Below, one piece after another: positions 51,876-61,839 of a stretch of 64,000 nt of DNA; positions within the stretch are counted from its first letter, which is position 1; every line of letters begins with the position of its first letter. Source of the DNA: Spirochaetia bacterium (GTDB taxonomy: Bacteria; Spirochaetota; Spirochaetia; SP-2023); the NCBI GenBank assembly GCA_965225855.1, contig CBDDCK010000005.1:1969074-2033073 (forward strand), written 5' to 3'. The translations under genes and the position numbers were made by a program. Below the pieces are notes generated by a model. It was not told where the DNA came from, did no database searches, and was given only the letters and a program-made list of their open reading frames with translations.

Positions 51876-53483
51876 TTGGATAGCTTTATGATTCAAAAGC
51901 AAGCTGTTACAGAGGCGGCTGGCCAGCACCGCTGCCCCCAAATTATACAAGCCCTGCAAGGCGCAGGTTTTGAATTGCATTGCCTGTTGCAAGGGCACCA
52001 ACCGTTGCGCACAGCCGTAGTCGATTCACGAGAAGCAGGGCCAGAAATCTTATTCATCGCCCGCCGTGGCAACCAAACAGATGGTCACAATTACATTGAC
52101 GCCGCATATGAAAATGGCTGCCGCTATTTCTTAGTATCTTACGATTATCTGGCAACTGCCAATGCAGCGAATCGACTACCCTCCGATGCCAGCTTTATAG
52201 GGGTAAAAGGCTCTACCGAACAAGCGTTGTATGCTTGGGCCCGTGCCTACCGCCGCAGTCTAAAACAACTGTATGTGTTAGCCATTAGTGGTAGCTATGG
52301 CAAAACCAGCACAAAAGAATTGTTAGGTTGTGTGCTAGCCCAACGCTACCGTTGTTACATTACTGCAGGCAACCGCAATGCGCCGGTGGGCTGCGCTCTA
52401 ACTATTTTGGGGATTGCCCCCGAGATGGAGCTTGCAGTCCTTGAGCTAGGGATTGATCACCCCGGCGAAATGGATTTACTTTGCAGCCTAGCCCAACCAA
52501 ACGCAGCATTGCTAACCGGTATCGGCTCGGCCCATTTAGAAGGCTTTGGTACCCGCGAAAAGCTGGCCAGCGAAAAAGCTCGAATCTATGCCTATTTGCA
52601 CCAGCCGCCAAACACTAAGCCCAATGCAAAAGCGAACAAAGCCTTGACGCAGGCTTTAGCCCTACTACCAGCAGATGATTATTTTTTGCCGTTACTGCGT
52701 GCAGAAATCAATCGTAATATCTCACCTACAAGCGTCTGTCAAATTATGTATTCTGCCAAACTGGCCCAGCAACAAGGCTACCGTGTAGAAGATAGAGGCT
52801 TACAAGGTTTGCGCTTCCATTTTTGCGGTTCTACAAGAGACTCTCTTGTAGAACCGCAAAAATCCGTAACAAAGTTGAGCTGCGATATACCGATATTGGG
52901 CTTGCACACCCAACAAGTATTTTGGGCAGCTGCCTCTGCTGCCCAAAACTTAGGCCTTAATCCCACCCAAATATTTATAGGTGCGCAGCACTACTGCCCT
53001 CTATTTGGCCGAGGCCAATTGCAACAAGTACAGCTAAAGGATAGTGGTATACCATTCACAATGCTGGAAGACTGTTATAATGCCAGTCCAGAGTCGATGT
53101 ATGCCCTCATTAAAATGCTCCATTCTTGGGAACAACAAGGATTACTACCTCCCTGTGTCTTAGTGCTAGCTGACATGTTGGAGTTGGGCGAGGCCAGCGT
53201 TGCATGTCACCGCAAAATTGCACATCAGCTCTCTTGCTTTTGGCAAAATTCAAAAGTACAGCCTCAAATATTGGTATTATTCTATGGCAAAGAGATGCAA
53301 GTCGCACACTCGGAATTACCACCAATGCCTATGGACTGTATCTATGTGCAAAACCAAGAACAGCTCACAACCACCATGTATCATGCTATAGAACACATTG
53401 CCAACAAAGCCCAACCACTACTGGTAACCAAGGGAGCTAGGGGAATGCATTTAGAAAAAATCGTAGAGAAAATCTTACTTTAG
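51876..53483 (+). CDS. murF: UDP-MurNAc-tripeptide--D-Ala-D-Ala ligase
   Basis: DSR, DGHNYI, GSYGKTSTKE, ELGIDHPGEM, DCYNASPES, DMLELG. Confidence 0.93.
   Translation: MDSFMIQKQAVTEAAGQHRCPQIIQALQGAGFELHCLLQGHQPLRTAVVDSREAGPEILFIARRGNQTDGHNYIDAAYENGCRYFLVSYDYLATANAANRLPSDASFIGVKGSTEQALYAWARAYRRSLKQLYVLAISGSYGKTSTKELLGCVLAQRYRCYITAGNRNAPVGCALTILGIAPEMELAVLELGIDHPGEMDLLCSLAQPNAALLTGIGSAHLEGFGTREKLASEKARIYAYLHQPPNTKPNAKANKALTQALALLPADDYFLPLLRAEINRNISPTSVCQIMYSAKLAQQQGYRVEDRGLQGLRFHFCGSTRDSLVEPQKSVTKLSCDIPILGLHTQQVFWAAASAAQNLGLNPTQIFIGAQHYCPLFGRGQLQQVQLKDSGIPFTMLEDCYNASPESMYALIKMLHSWEQQGLLPPCVLVLADMLELGEASVACHRKIAHQLSCFWQNSKVQPQILVLFYGKEMQVAHSELPPMPMDCIYVQNQEQLTTTMYHAIEHIANKAQPLLVTKGARGMHLEKIVEKILL
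52819..52863. repeat. 45-bp perfect palindrome inside murF
   Basis: ATTTTTGCGGTTCTACAAGAGA-C-TCTCTTGTAGAACCGCAAAAAT. Confidence 0.97.
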
Positions 53484-53556
53484 CTAGATATTGTAAATAC
53501 AATCACGAAGTTTTGTGCTGTGGCCCGCATTTTTTAGCAGAGGGCACTGGAGGGGT

Positions 53557-54666
53557 ATGATTCTTAGCCTGTTTCGCTATTTTGCCGAGCATTATAATTT
53601 GCCGAGTATATTTACCTATATATCTTTTCGCTCGGCGATGGCTGCGGTATGTGGTTTTATGCTTGCTCTATTGTTAGGGCCTACTATCATTCGCAAGTTG
53701 CGGGCGCTAAAACTTGGTCAAGAAATTCGCCAAGATGGGCCACAAGATCATTTGAAAAAAGCCGGCACGCCGACAATGGGAGGCCTGCTCATTATTTTAG
53801 CTGTGTTTATCTCATCGGCTCTGTGGTTTGATATGCTTTCTATCTATAATTGGATATTGCTTTTAGCAGTAATGGGCTATGGTTTGTTGGGCTTTCTCGA
53901 TGATTATTTAAAAATCACGCGCAAAAACAGCGATGGTTTGCTTGCCCGTTTTAAATTAATTGGCCAGTGTATACTTGGAATTATTATAGGCAGCTTGGTT
54001 TATTATCATGGTAATCAATATACGACCTATATTTACCTGCCATTTTACAAAGAGCCCGTGCTTGATTTGGGCCTCTGGCATGGTGCTTTTTATATCAGCT
54101 TTGTTACCTTGCTGCTCATGGCTTCCTCTAATGCTGTGAATTTGACGGACGGTTTAGATGGGCTGGCTACGGGTTTGATGCTCATAGCCCTAGTGCCTTT
54201 TGCCGTGATAGCTTATATTATTGGTCGTGCGGACTTTGCCTCTTATTTATTCTTGCCACACATTGCCGGGGCTTCCGAATTAAGTATAGGCATACTGGCT
54301 TTATTGGGAGCTTCACTTGGTTTTTTGTGGTTTAATTCCCACCCTGCCCAAATTATGATGGGCGACACAGGCAGCCTTTCGTATGGAGCAGCTTTGGGCA
54401 CAATTGCCATTTTGCTAAAAAAAGAGATTCTGCTATTGATTATCGGGGGCGTGTTTGTACTAGAAACGCTTTCCGTCATTTTGCAAGTTTTCTATTTTAA
54501 ATACACCAAAAGGAAACATACCGAAGGGAAGCGATTGTTTCGCATGGCACCACTGCATCACCATTTTGAGTTGATTGGCTGGCATGAAAATCAAGTAGTC
54601 AACCGCTTTTGGATTTTAGGCGTAATTTTTGCCTTGTTTGGTCTGTTAGCCTTAAAAATACGTTAA
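53557..54666 (+). CDS. mraY: phospho-N-acetylmuramoyl-pentapeptide transferase
   Basis: KAGTPTMGG, DDYLK, NAVNLTDGLDGL, MGDTGS, MAPLHHHFE. Confidence 0.97.
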   Translation: MILSLFRYFAEHYNLPSIFTYISFRSAMAAVCGFMLALLLGPTIIRKLRALKLGQEIRQDGPQDHLKKAGTPTMGGLLIILAVFISSALWFDMLSIYNWILLLAVMGYGLLGFLDDYLKITRKNSDGLLARFKLIGQCILGIIIGSLVYYHGNQYTTYIYLPFYKEPVLDLGLWHGAFYISFVTLLLMASSNAVNLTDGLDGLATGLMLIALVPFAVIAYIIGRADFASYLFLPHIAGASELSIGILALLGASLGFLWFNSHPAQIMMGDTGSLSYGAALGTIAILLKKEILLLIIGGVFVLETLSVILQVFYFKYTKRKHTEGKRLFRMAPLHHHFELIGWHENQVVNRFWILGVIFALFGLLALKIR

Positions 54667-54672
54667 ACACAA

Positions 54673-56064
54673 ATGCAAATAAAACATAAAGAAATAGCTC
54701 CAATGTCTCCCCAAGATCGCCGAAATAATCATGGCCTGTGGCATCATTTGCAATTAGCTTGGGACGAATTTGCCATAGAGCTGAATGACGAACATTCTTA
54801 TTCACCTTTCTTGTTGTTGCTAGGTTTTGAAACTCTATTGGTTTTATGTGGTGCCGTATTTTTGTATTCCAATTCCAATAGTTATATGCTGCAAAGGCAT
54901 TTAATGTGGTTGGGATTAGGGGTTGTCATTAGTTTGGTTATCTATGTATTGCCGATAACAATGATTGTACAATCTATCCCTGCTTTTGTAGTGCTGGCTT
55001 TGTTATTAAATGCCTTGCCTCAAATTCCTGGCTTGCAATTAGCCAACGATGGTAGCCCCCGTTGGATTCGTTTATGGGGGCTTTCTTTCCAAGTTTCAGA
55101 AACGCTGCGCTTGATGTTAGTGCTATATTTTGCTCGGTGCATTAGAATCAATTTATGGCACTATCAAGAATCTTTGCAAAAATCTATTCAAGATGAAATG
55201 GATAAACTGAAATTTATCGACCGTTATCCGAAAATCCTGTGGAGGCCTTTTATCTATCTATTGTTGGCCAGTGTTTTAATCATATTGCAAAAAGACTATT
55301 CTACCACGGTGATGTTGCTAGTAGTAGCCTCGGCTATGACTTTGCTAGTCGGTTCCATAGCTACTTTAGGAGTGATTGCTATTTTATTGATAGCAGTAAC
55401 CATTGTTGCCATGTTGTTCTTAGGGCAGACATTTCGCATCAATCGTATCAACGAATGGCTCGACGGTTCTGGCGAACAAATTAATTGGGTTTATGATGCA
55501 CTACAAATAGGTTCTTGGTTTGGAGTTGGTTTAGGGCAAGGTAGGGCAAAGTATTTAGTGCCTGCCGAAATGACCGATTTTCCTTTGGCTGCTGTTGGCG
55601 AAGAAGTAGGGCTACTCGGTATTGGCTTGGTATTTTTTTTGTTTTTGGGTTTTGCCATAACGGGGTTTTATCTAGCAAGGCAAAATAATGATCCTTTTGT
55701 ACGCTATGCCACTGCTGGCCTTACCGGTTTAGTCTTCATTCAGGCCTTTGTCAATTTTGCGGTAAGCTGCGGGATTTTACCAGTAACAGGGCAACCTCTG
55801 CCTTTTTTTTCGGTTGGCGGTTCGTCTACACTAACACATTTAGTGATTTTGGGGCTCATCAACAGCTTAAATCGGCCAAGCCGTAATTTGCGTTCAGAAG
55901 GTTCTATTGCTGGACGCAAAACTTCAGCGAAAAAACCACAGCTTAGCCGTTTCAAAGATAATACTCGCAATCATGTGGCCTACCATTCGCGCAACCAAGC
56001 CCAAAAACATTCTCGCAATCTAGTACAAATTTTTTCTCGTGAGGGCAATAATGAGGAGCCATAA
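54673..56064 (+). CDS. ftsW: SEDS peptidoglycan polymerase FtsW
   Basis: RWI..FQVSE, LQKDY, GVGLGQG, TDF, GEE.G, PVTGQPLPF.S.GGSS. Confidence 0.9.
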   Translation: MQIKHKEIAPMSPQDRRNNHGLWHHLQLAWDEFAIELNDEHSYSPFLLLLGFETLLVLCGAVFLYSNSNSYMLQRHLMWLGLGVVISLVIYVLPITMIVQSIPAFVVLALLLNALPQIPGLQLANDGSPRWIRLWGLSFQVSETLRLMLVLYFARCIRINLWHYQESLQKSIQDEMDKLKFIDRYPKILWRPFIYLLLASVLIILQKDYSTTVMLLVVASAMTLLVGSIATLGVIAILLIAVTIVAMLFLGQTFRINRINEWLDGSGEQINWVYDALQIGSWFGVGLGQGRAKYLVPAEMTDFPLAAVGEEVGLLGIGLVFFLFLGFAITGFYLARQNNDPFVRYATAGLTGLVFIQAFVNFAVSCGILPVTGQPLPFFSVGGSSTLTHLVILGLINSLNRPSRNLRSEGSIAGRKTSAKKPQLSRFKDNTRNHVAYHSRNQAQKHSRNLVQIFSREGNNEEP

Positions 56065-56914
56065 CCCTCGGCATTATTTGCTCTATATAAACTTCGTATT
56101 ACTTTTGATACTGCTACTAGAATTTGGTTTTTATTTTTTTATGTTCCCAAAAGTTGCCATAACTCAAATTGAGCTAGAAAGTGATTTGGCTATCAGTGAT
56201 GATGATGTACGCCGTATGCTGAAGTTTGAAAATCCGCAAAATTATTACAGTGTCGATGCCAAAGAGTTAGAAGAATATGTGCGCAGCTTTCCTTTAGTCA
56301 ATGATATTCAAATAAGCAAAGAATTTCCCAATCGCTTAAAAGTGCGGCTACAATCGCGCAAGCCCGTTTTAGTTATGTTGCAAACATCTATGCTAAATCA
56401 AGAGCAATTGCAAAAAAATTCGCCAATAGAGCAAAATAGCCCAACACAGTGGCAGAGCAAACCCATTTTGGTTGATGTAAAGGGGGTGATGTTTAAAGTT
56501 GGGCTGGGCCATTATGATGATGTACCTATACTGTCTGGGCTAAAATTTTCCCAAGGAAATTCGCTCAACAGCCACCTGCCTTCGCGCTTACTTCCTTTGG
56601 TTGCTGCATTGGGCCAGCTAAAAAATAATAGACCCAAGCTATATGCAATGATTTCTGAAATTCGGGCCAAGATGGATATTACCTTAGAAACCGATATATA
56701 TTTGGAAAATGAGTCCAGTTATATCAAAACTGGTGGCAAAATTGATGCCCATATCCTTGAGACCGCTTTAATTGCGATGGAAGTTTTAGAGCGCAGTAAT
56801 GTTTTTACCAAGTATCTGGATATGCGCACCACGGGGATTGTCTACCGCCCGATATTGAACCCAACGGCTAAAAACTTGCTACCTGTGTTGACTCCCGATG
56901 ATAAGAATTTGTAG
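56051..56914 (+). CDS. ftsQ: cell division protein FtsQ/DivIB
   Basis: TM plus POTRA (KEFPNRLKV), YLDMR; lies between ftsW and ftsA. Confidence 0.8.
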   Translation: MRSHNPRHYLLYINFVLLLILLLEFGFYFFMFPKVAITQIELESDLAISDDDVRRMLKFENPQNYYSVDAKELEEYVRSFPLVNDIQISKEFPNRLKVRLQSRKPVLVMLQTSMLNQEQLQKNSPIEQNSPTQWQSKPILVDVKGVMFKVGLGHYDDVPILSGLKFSQGNSLNSHLPSRLLPLVAALGQLKNNRPKLYAMISEIRAKMDITLETDIYLENESSYIKTGGKIDAHILETALIAMEVLERSNVFTKYLDMRTTGIVYRPILNPTAKNLLPVLTPDDKNL

Positions 56915-56916
56915 CT

Positions 56917-58224
56917 ATGTATGTTTGTGTTGTCGATTTAGGTTCGCTATCCTGCCGTGCAATGTGCCTTACTTGGCAAGCAGAACGCTACCATATTCTA
57001 GGGCTAGTAGAAGTTCCTTCCAGCGGGGTGGTGCAAGGGGAGGTAGTCAATACCGAGAAAGCCTATGCCACCTTGAAGGAAGTTTTAGAGTTGCTCGAAA
57101 GCCAAGTACAAATGCGGATACGTGAGATTAGCTTGGTCTACAGTGGGGTAACATTGGGCTGCTATAATTCATGGGGCATTACCGGCACAACACCAATCCG
57201 CAATCACAGCGACCCTCGCGATAGTTCGGCCCGTTGTGTTACGGAAGAAGATATTAGTCGAGCCTTAAATTCTGCTGCTGAATTGCGTATCAGTGCTGAC
57301 TATGAACGGCTGCATGAAATCCCGCGCAGCTATAAATTAGACGGCAAAGCGGTTCGCCGCGACATTATAGGCAGTAATGGTATCCGCTTAGAAGTGGAAG
57401 TCCATATTATTACATGCCTTCGTGAGGCAATTGAGAATTTAATTGAAATTTCTAGCAGAGAAGATTATCATCCTGTAGAAATTATACATAGCAGTATTGC
57501 GGCTAGCTATGTTGGCTTGACTCGTGAAGAGCTAGTACAAGGTTGCTTATTGATTGATATGGGCTATGGAAGCACTTCATTTCAGTATTCATTTGAGGGA
57601 CAACCTTTGATTACAGAAAGTTTAGGGCTTGGTGGTTATCATATTACACGCGATATTTCTGAATGTTTTGATTTTCCTTTTGATATGGCAGAACAGTTAA
57701 AGTTACAGCGAGGGGTTTGTTGGCCGGCTTTTATTTCTAAAGATGAAAAGGTTGTAATACCGGGCGGGGCCAATAGTTTGGCCCAGCAAATTAGTTTACT
57801 AGACCTTTGCGAAGTGCTGAATGCCCGTATCGAAGAAATATTTGAGCTTATATATGGCAATTTGCAGCGTTATGGCCTTAGCCTAGAATATATCCAAAGT
57901 GTTGTGTTGGTAGGGGGTTCTGTACTGCTCCCGGGTATGGGCGAATTAGCCGAAGAAGTTTTTGAAAGCCCGGCTCGTTTGGGCTTACCCGATGAGCCCA
58001 AGCTGGTAGCTGACCCAACTATTCTGCAAGAAATAAATTGGAAGAGCCCAGAATATACTTCGTTATTTGGTTTAGCTTTGTATTGGTTGGACGAAGAGAT
58101 TAGCCACCATCATATTAGTTCCCCAAGTACCAGTACGGCTGCTCTACACAGAGATAAAAATACAAAAAAAAACCTAAGCGTCTGGAAAAATATGCTTGAT
58201 TGGATCAAGCGAAATCTAGCGTAA
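56917..58224 (+). CDS. ftsA: cell division protein FtsA
   Basis: VDLGS, G.RLEVEVHII, IDMGYGST, GGYHITRDI, AEQLK, ARIEEIF. Confidence 0.93.
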   Translation: MYVCVVDLGSLSCRAMCLTWQAERYHILGLVEVPSSGVVQGEVVNTEKAYATLKEVLELLESQVQMRIREISLVYSGVTLGCYNSWGITGTTPIRNHSDPRDSSARCVTEEDISRALNSAAELRISADYERLHEIPRSYKLDGKAVRRDIIGSNGIRLEVEVHIITCLREAIENLIEISSREDYHPVEIIHSSIAASYVGLTREELVQGCLLIDMGYGSTSFQYSFEGQPLITESLGLGGYHITRDISECFDFPFDMAEQLKLQRGVCWPAFISKDEKVVIPGGANSLAQQISLLDLCEVLNARIEEIFELIYGNLQRYGLSLEYIQSVVLVGGSVLLPGMGELAEEVFESPARLGLPDEPKLVADPTILQEINWKSPEYTSLFGLALYWLDEEISHHHISSPSTSTAALHRDKNTKKNLSVWKNMLDWIKRNLA

Positions 58225-58374
58225 ATGACGATATGCTTAGTGAATATGATCGTAAGCTTGCTCAAAATCTTCTATCTCGGCTAAGGCCTCTGTGGCAAAA
58301 ATAACTTTTTGTATTTTCAATAATAAGTAATGTTGTTTATAGCTTGGTTAGCCACAAATCTAAAAGCTAATAAT

Positions 58375-58461
58375 AGGCCAACCAAGCATTGCTTACCGCA
58401 TTTACTTGGTTGACCGCCCGCTAGCTTTCACTTAGCTGCTATAAGAGCTATTGGGTAAGCG
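58375..58461 (-). repeat. 3' tail module I (copy 4)
   Basis: Reverse complement matches 7047-7133. Confidence 0.88.
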
Positions 58462-58469
58462 CAGTCAAA

Positions 58470-60296
58470 CTAATTACTAACATAAATAATGTTATTGCTT
58501 GTGTCTGCTGGACTACCCATTACAAATCCTGCTGCTGCTTCCAGGTTGTATGCACCATTATTATCACTATCACCAACCTTAACCAGTATAGCCTCGACTT
58601 TGGCTTTTACACTACCGCTTAAAGTAATATATAAGTAGGTTGTACTTGCTTGAGAACCTGTGGCTCTGTTTGCGCCTACAGTTGAGTGCCGTGGTAATGT
58701 GTATTTCTTCTTACCATCACCGGATACAAGCGTCAATTTGCTAAAGTCCCAGTCTGCAACTGCTGTCGGTAACCTGCTACCTTTAATAATTAACTGGCTT
58801 ACAGTTGTTCTGTATAATACGGAGTCGAGCAGGCTTACATACCCACTAACGGTAATCGGGTTGGTTGTGTCTTCAGCGCTACCACCTGCAAAGCCTGCTG
58901 CTGCTTCCAGGTTGTATGCACCATTAGCATCACGAACACCATCGTTAACCAGTATCTTCTCGGCTTCCGCTTTTATACTACCGCTTAAAGTAATATATAA
59001 GTAGGTTGTACCTGCACTAGAACCTGTGGCTGTGTTTTCACCTGCGGTTGCGTGCTGGGGTAATGGGTATCTCTTCTTACCATCACCGGATACAAGCGTC
59101 AATTTGCTAAAGTCCCATCGTGCAACTGCTCTCGGTAACTTGATACCCTGAATCAATAACTCGCCTGTATTAGCATCGTAGTCTACTTTGGTGATGCTGG
59201 CTGTATACCCAATAACGGTAATAGGGTTGGTTGTGTCTTCAGCGCTACCACCTGCAAAGCCTGCTGCTGCTTCCAGGTTGTATGCACCATTAGCATCACG
59301 AACACCATCGTTAACCAGTATCTTCTCGGCTTTGGCTTTTACACTACCCCTTAACTCAATATATAAGCTTGTTGCACTTGCTTCAGAACCTGTGGCTGTG
59401 TTTCTATTTGCAAAACCTATGGCTCTGTTTTCTTGACCTGTTGAGTGCCGGGGTAATGTGTATCTATTAGTACCATCACCGGATACAAGCGTCAATTTGC
59501 TAAAGTCCCAGTCTGCAACTGCTGCTGGTAAATTAGTACCTGTAATCTCTAAGAAGCCTGAAATAACATTGTAGCTTGCACGGGTAATTGCAGCTTTAGG
59601 CGACTGCTCTTCGGTTTCGGTCTTAGACTGCTTATCTTCGACTTCTTCGGTTTGTTCGGCTTCGGGTAGTTCAGGCGACTGCTTATCTTCAGCTTGTTCG
59701 ACTTGTTCGGCTTTAGCTTGCTTAGGCGACTGCTCTTCGACTTCTTCAGCTTGTTCGTCTTCAGTTTGCTTACGCGACTCTTCTTCAGTTTGCTTAGATG
59801 GCTGATTGTCATCGGATACTTTAGACTGCTTATCGGGTACATTACTAACGGTTAAGTCTTTGGCTGTATCTAAACCCGCCCAAGCACCAGAGCTAACGCT
59901 AAGCAAGCCTTTTTTTAGACCATTGCTACCCACCTTGGCCTCAAGAGCAGCTTTATGTTCATCTTTAAGTTTCAGCCAAAGCGCTGTGCCATCGCTTTTC
60001 ATACGGTACTTACCTTTTGCCAGATTGTTACTATTTGGCCCAGTGGGTTTGGCATCTGCAATATAGGAACTTAAGGCTAAGCCAGCTACCGTGATAGTTT
60101 GGATTTGGGCTTCTGTAGGACTTAAGTTAGTGCCTTGTACGGTTAAGATAGCCTTGCCAACATCGTACATGGCGTTCTTGATAGTCGGCCCAGACGGCCC
60201 AGAAGACGGCGCATCGTCATCGGGTGGGGCGCAGGCCAAGGCCATAAAGGCCAGTAGCCAGGCTACTGGCAATAAAAGTAGTTTGAGCTTATACAT
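58470..60296 (-). CDS. surface lipoprotein paralog 4 (A-linker-B-B-B)
   Basis: Same RBS, signal peptide and lipobox; three B domains. Confidence 0.9.
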   Translation of the reverse strand: MYKLKLLLLPVAWLLAFMALACAPPDDDAPSSGPSGPTIKNAMYDVGKAILTVQGTNLSPTEAQIQTITVAGLALSSYIADAKPTGPNSNNLAKGKYRMKSDGTALWLKLKDEHKAALEAKVGSNGLKKGLLSVSSGAWAGLDTAKDLTVSNVPDKQSKVSDDNQPSKQTEEESRKQTEDEQAEEVEEQSPKQAKAEQVEQAEDKQSPELPEAEQTEEVEDKQSKTETEEQSPKAAITRASYNVISGFLEITGTNLPAAVADWDFSKLTLVSGDGTNRYTLPRHSTGQENRAIGFANRNTATGSEASATSLYIELRGSVKAKAEKILVNDGVRDANGAYNLEAAAGFAGGSAEDTTNPITVIGYTASITKVDYDANTGELLIQGIKLPRAVARWDFSKLTLVSGDGKKRYPLPQHATAGENTATGSSAGTTYLYITLSGSIKAEAEKILVNDGVRDANGAYNLEAAAGFAGGSAEDTTNPITVSGYVSLLDSVLYRTTVSQLIIKGSRLPTAVADWDFSKLTLVSGDGKKKYTLPRHSTVGANRATGSQASTTYLYITLSGSVKAKVEAILVKVGDSDNNGAYNLEAAAGFVMGSPADTSNNIIYVSN

Positions 60297-60480
60297 AAGC
60301 AATACCTCCAACAATGGATAAAGATTAACCAACCCATACGGGCTAGTCTGTAAATCCCCATTTTGCTAGGGGGGGTGTTGCGTCAAGGCCTATACAAGCT
60401 TTTTGTAAGTTTTTTTATGTTTGGGCACTTTTTTTGTGTGTTAGTGTTGTAAGGTGGTTCAAAATCCATGCCAATCAAAA
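60297..60480 (-). repeat. proximal leader, copy 4
   Basis: Matches the last ~180-210 bp of leaders 1-3, then diverges. Confidence 0.9.
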
Positions 60481-60774
60481 GTCTTGAGGGTATGCGATAG
60501 CAGGCACAACGCCAACCATGCCAACCGTGCCAACCCAACCATGCCAACCATTGGGCGGTATCAATATATCGCAGTTGGGGTCATCGGCCCGCAATATATA
60601 GCCAGATATTGTGCCATTACTTCTAAAATGCCAGCATTGACGCTGTGGGCTACGGTCAAAGCATCGGCATACTGGCCCTATTTGAGGTCGTCCCAGTTTT
60701 GGCTTTTTACGATGTTGTTGGGTTTTAGCAAGTCTATGGCCTGCTTATTTTTATGGTTTTTAGTGCCTTGCTAT

Positions 60775-60900
60775 GATATAACTTTCCGCCTTCGATCAAT
60801 ACCTTACTCCAATGCGGATCAAGGCCTTGATCGAAGTGGGAAAGCTATATTGCACCAATGCGGAACAAGACTTTATACCAAGGCGGAAAGCTATATTGCA
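60775..60900. repeat. 46-bp tandem duplicate with upstream inverted copy
   Basis: CCAATGCGGA...GGAAAGCTATATTGCA at 60809-60854 and 60855-60900; 60775-60800 is an inverted partial copy. Confidence 0.8.
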
Positions 60901-61839
60901 GCAAGACAGGCGATGACTTGTAGATTGGCATCGGCAAACCAATTGCCCAATTGCGTTTGTATGGCTATTTCGGTTTGTTGCTTTGGATTGTTGGTTGGGG
61001 GTGGGGTGGGTTATCAAGCCCCGCATTTAGGCATAAAGCCCAAGCGTTATTAACTGTTTTACGTGATACGAGACATGATAACTTAACGGGATAGGACGTG
61101 ATAACTTGGGATTTTTTGGGACAAATGGAAGGTAAAAATTGGCTTACTTTCCAAAATAAAAAAGTAAAACCAAAATAAAAAAGTAAAAAATTTTTCATTG
61201 CACGAGAAAAAGCCAGAATCCATTTTAAACACCAAACCAGAGCAAAAACGCTCAAAACTTCAAAAAGCCAAAGCGGTGCTAGGATAACCAAACCATGCAC
61301 AGCTGTTTTTGTGCCTTTCGGCTGAATCCACAAAATGCCTAAAGCTATTCATTGTAGAATTTTATTTGACAAATTATACGTTTTGTGCTATACTATAGAA
61401 AATTTAAAACAAGGCATAAAGGAGAAATAACCATCAAATTACCAATGGATTGCCAAAAGGAAAGGCACGGCCAATAACCACAACGCCCGTGCCTTCCGAA
61501 AACCCGCCCGAGTTTGAAATCAGGCACAATAAACATTTTGAAGCTGTGGACTTGCTCACTGGTGAGCTTGTACCTTTGCCTAAAAATGTTGCGATACGCT
61601 GCCTCACCGCTTGGCTTATTAGCTTATAATACGGGGTCAACAACATTTTTGCCAAAATTTGCCAAGGGGCCTAAACCCGCAAAGTTGCTTTTGATATTGC
61701 AGAAGAGGCCCTATACGAAGAATTGGGGGCGCACAATGGGTAAATATCAAATTGGCCACAATTTGTTTTTCGGCATATGGGTTATTGTCGGCAATAATAT
61801 ACTTTCAGTATCAAAATCATGGTAACGGGCCGCAGTCTT

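Noticed and set aside
52611..52657. murF loop containing AACACTAAG and CCTTGACGCA, resembling the cassette leader
   Set aside because: Only 9-10-bp matches, compatible with chance.
60454..61053. 199-aa ORF upstream of paralog 4
   Set aside because: Starts inside the repeated leader, crosses non-coding repeats and has no recognisable motif.
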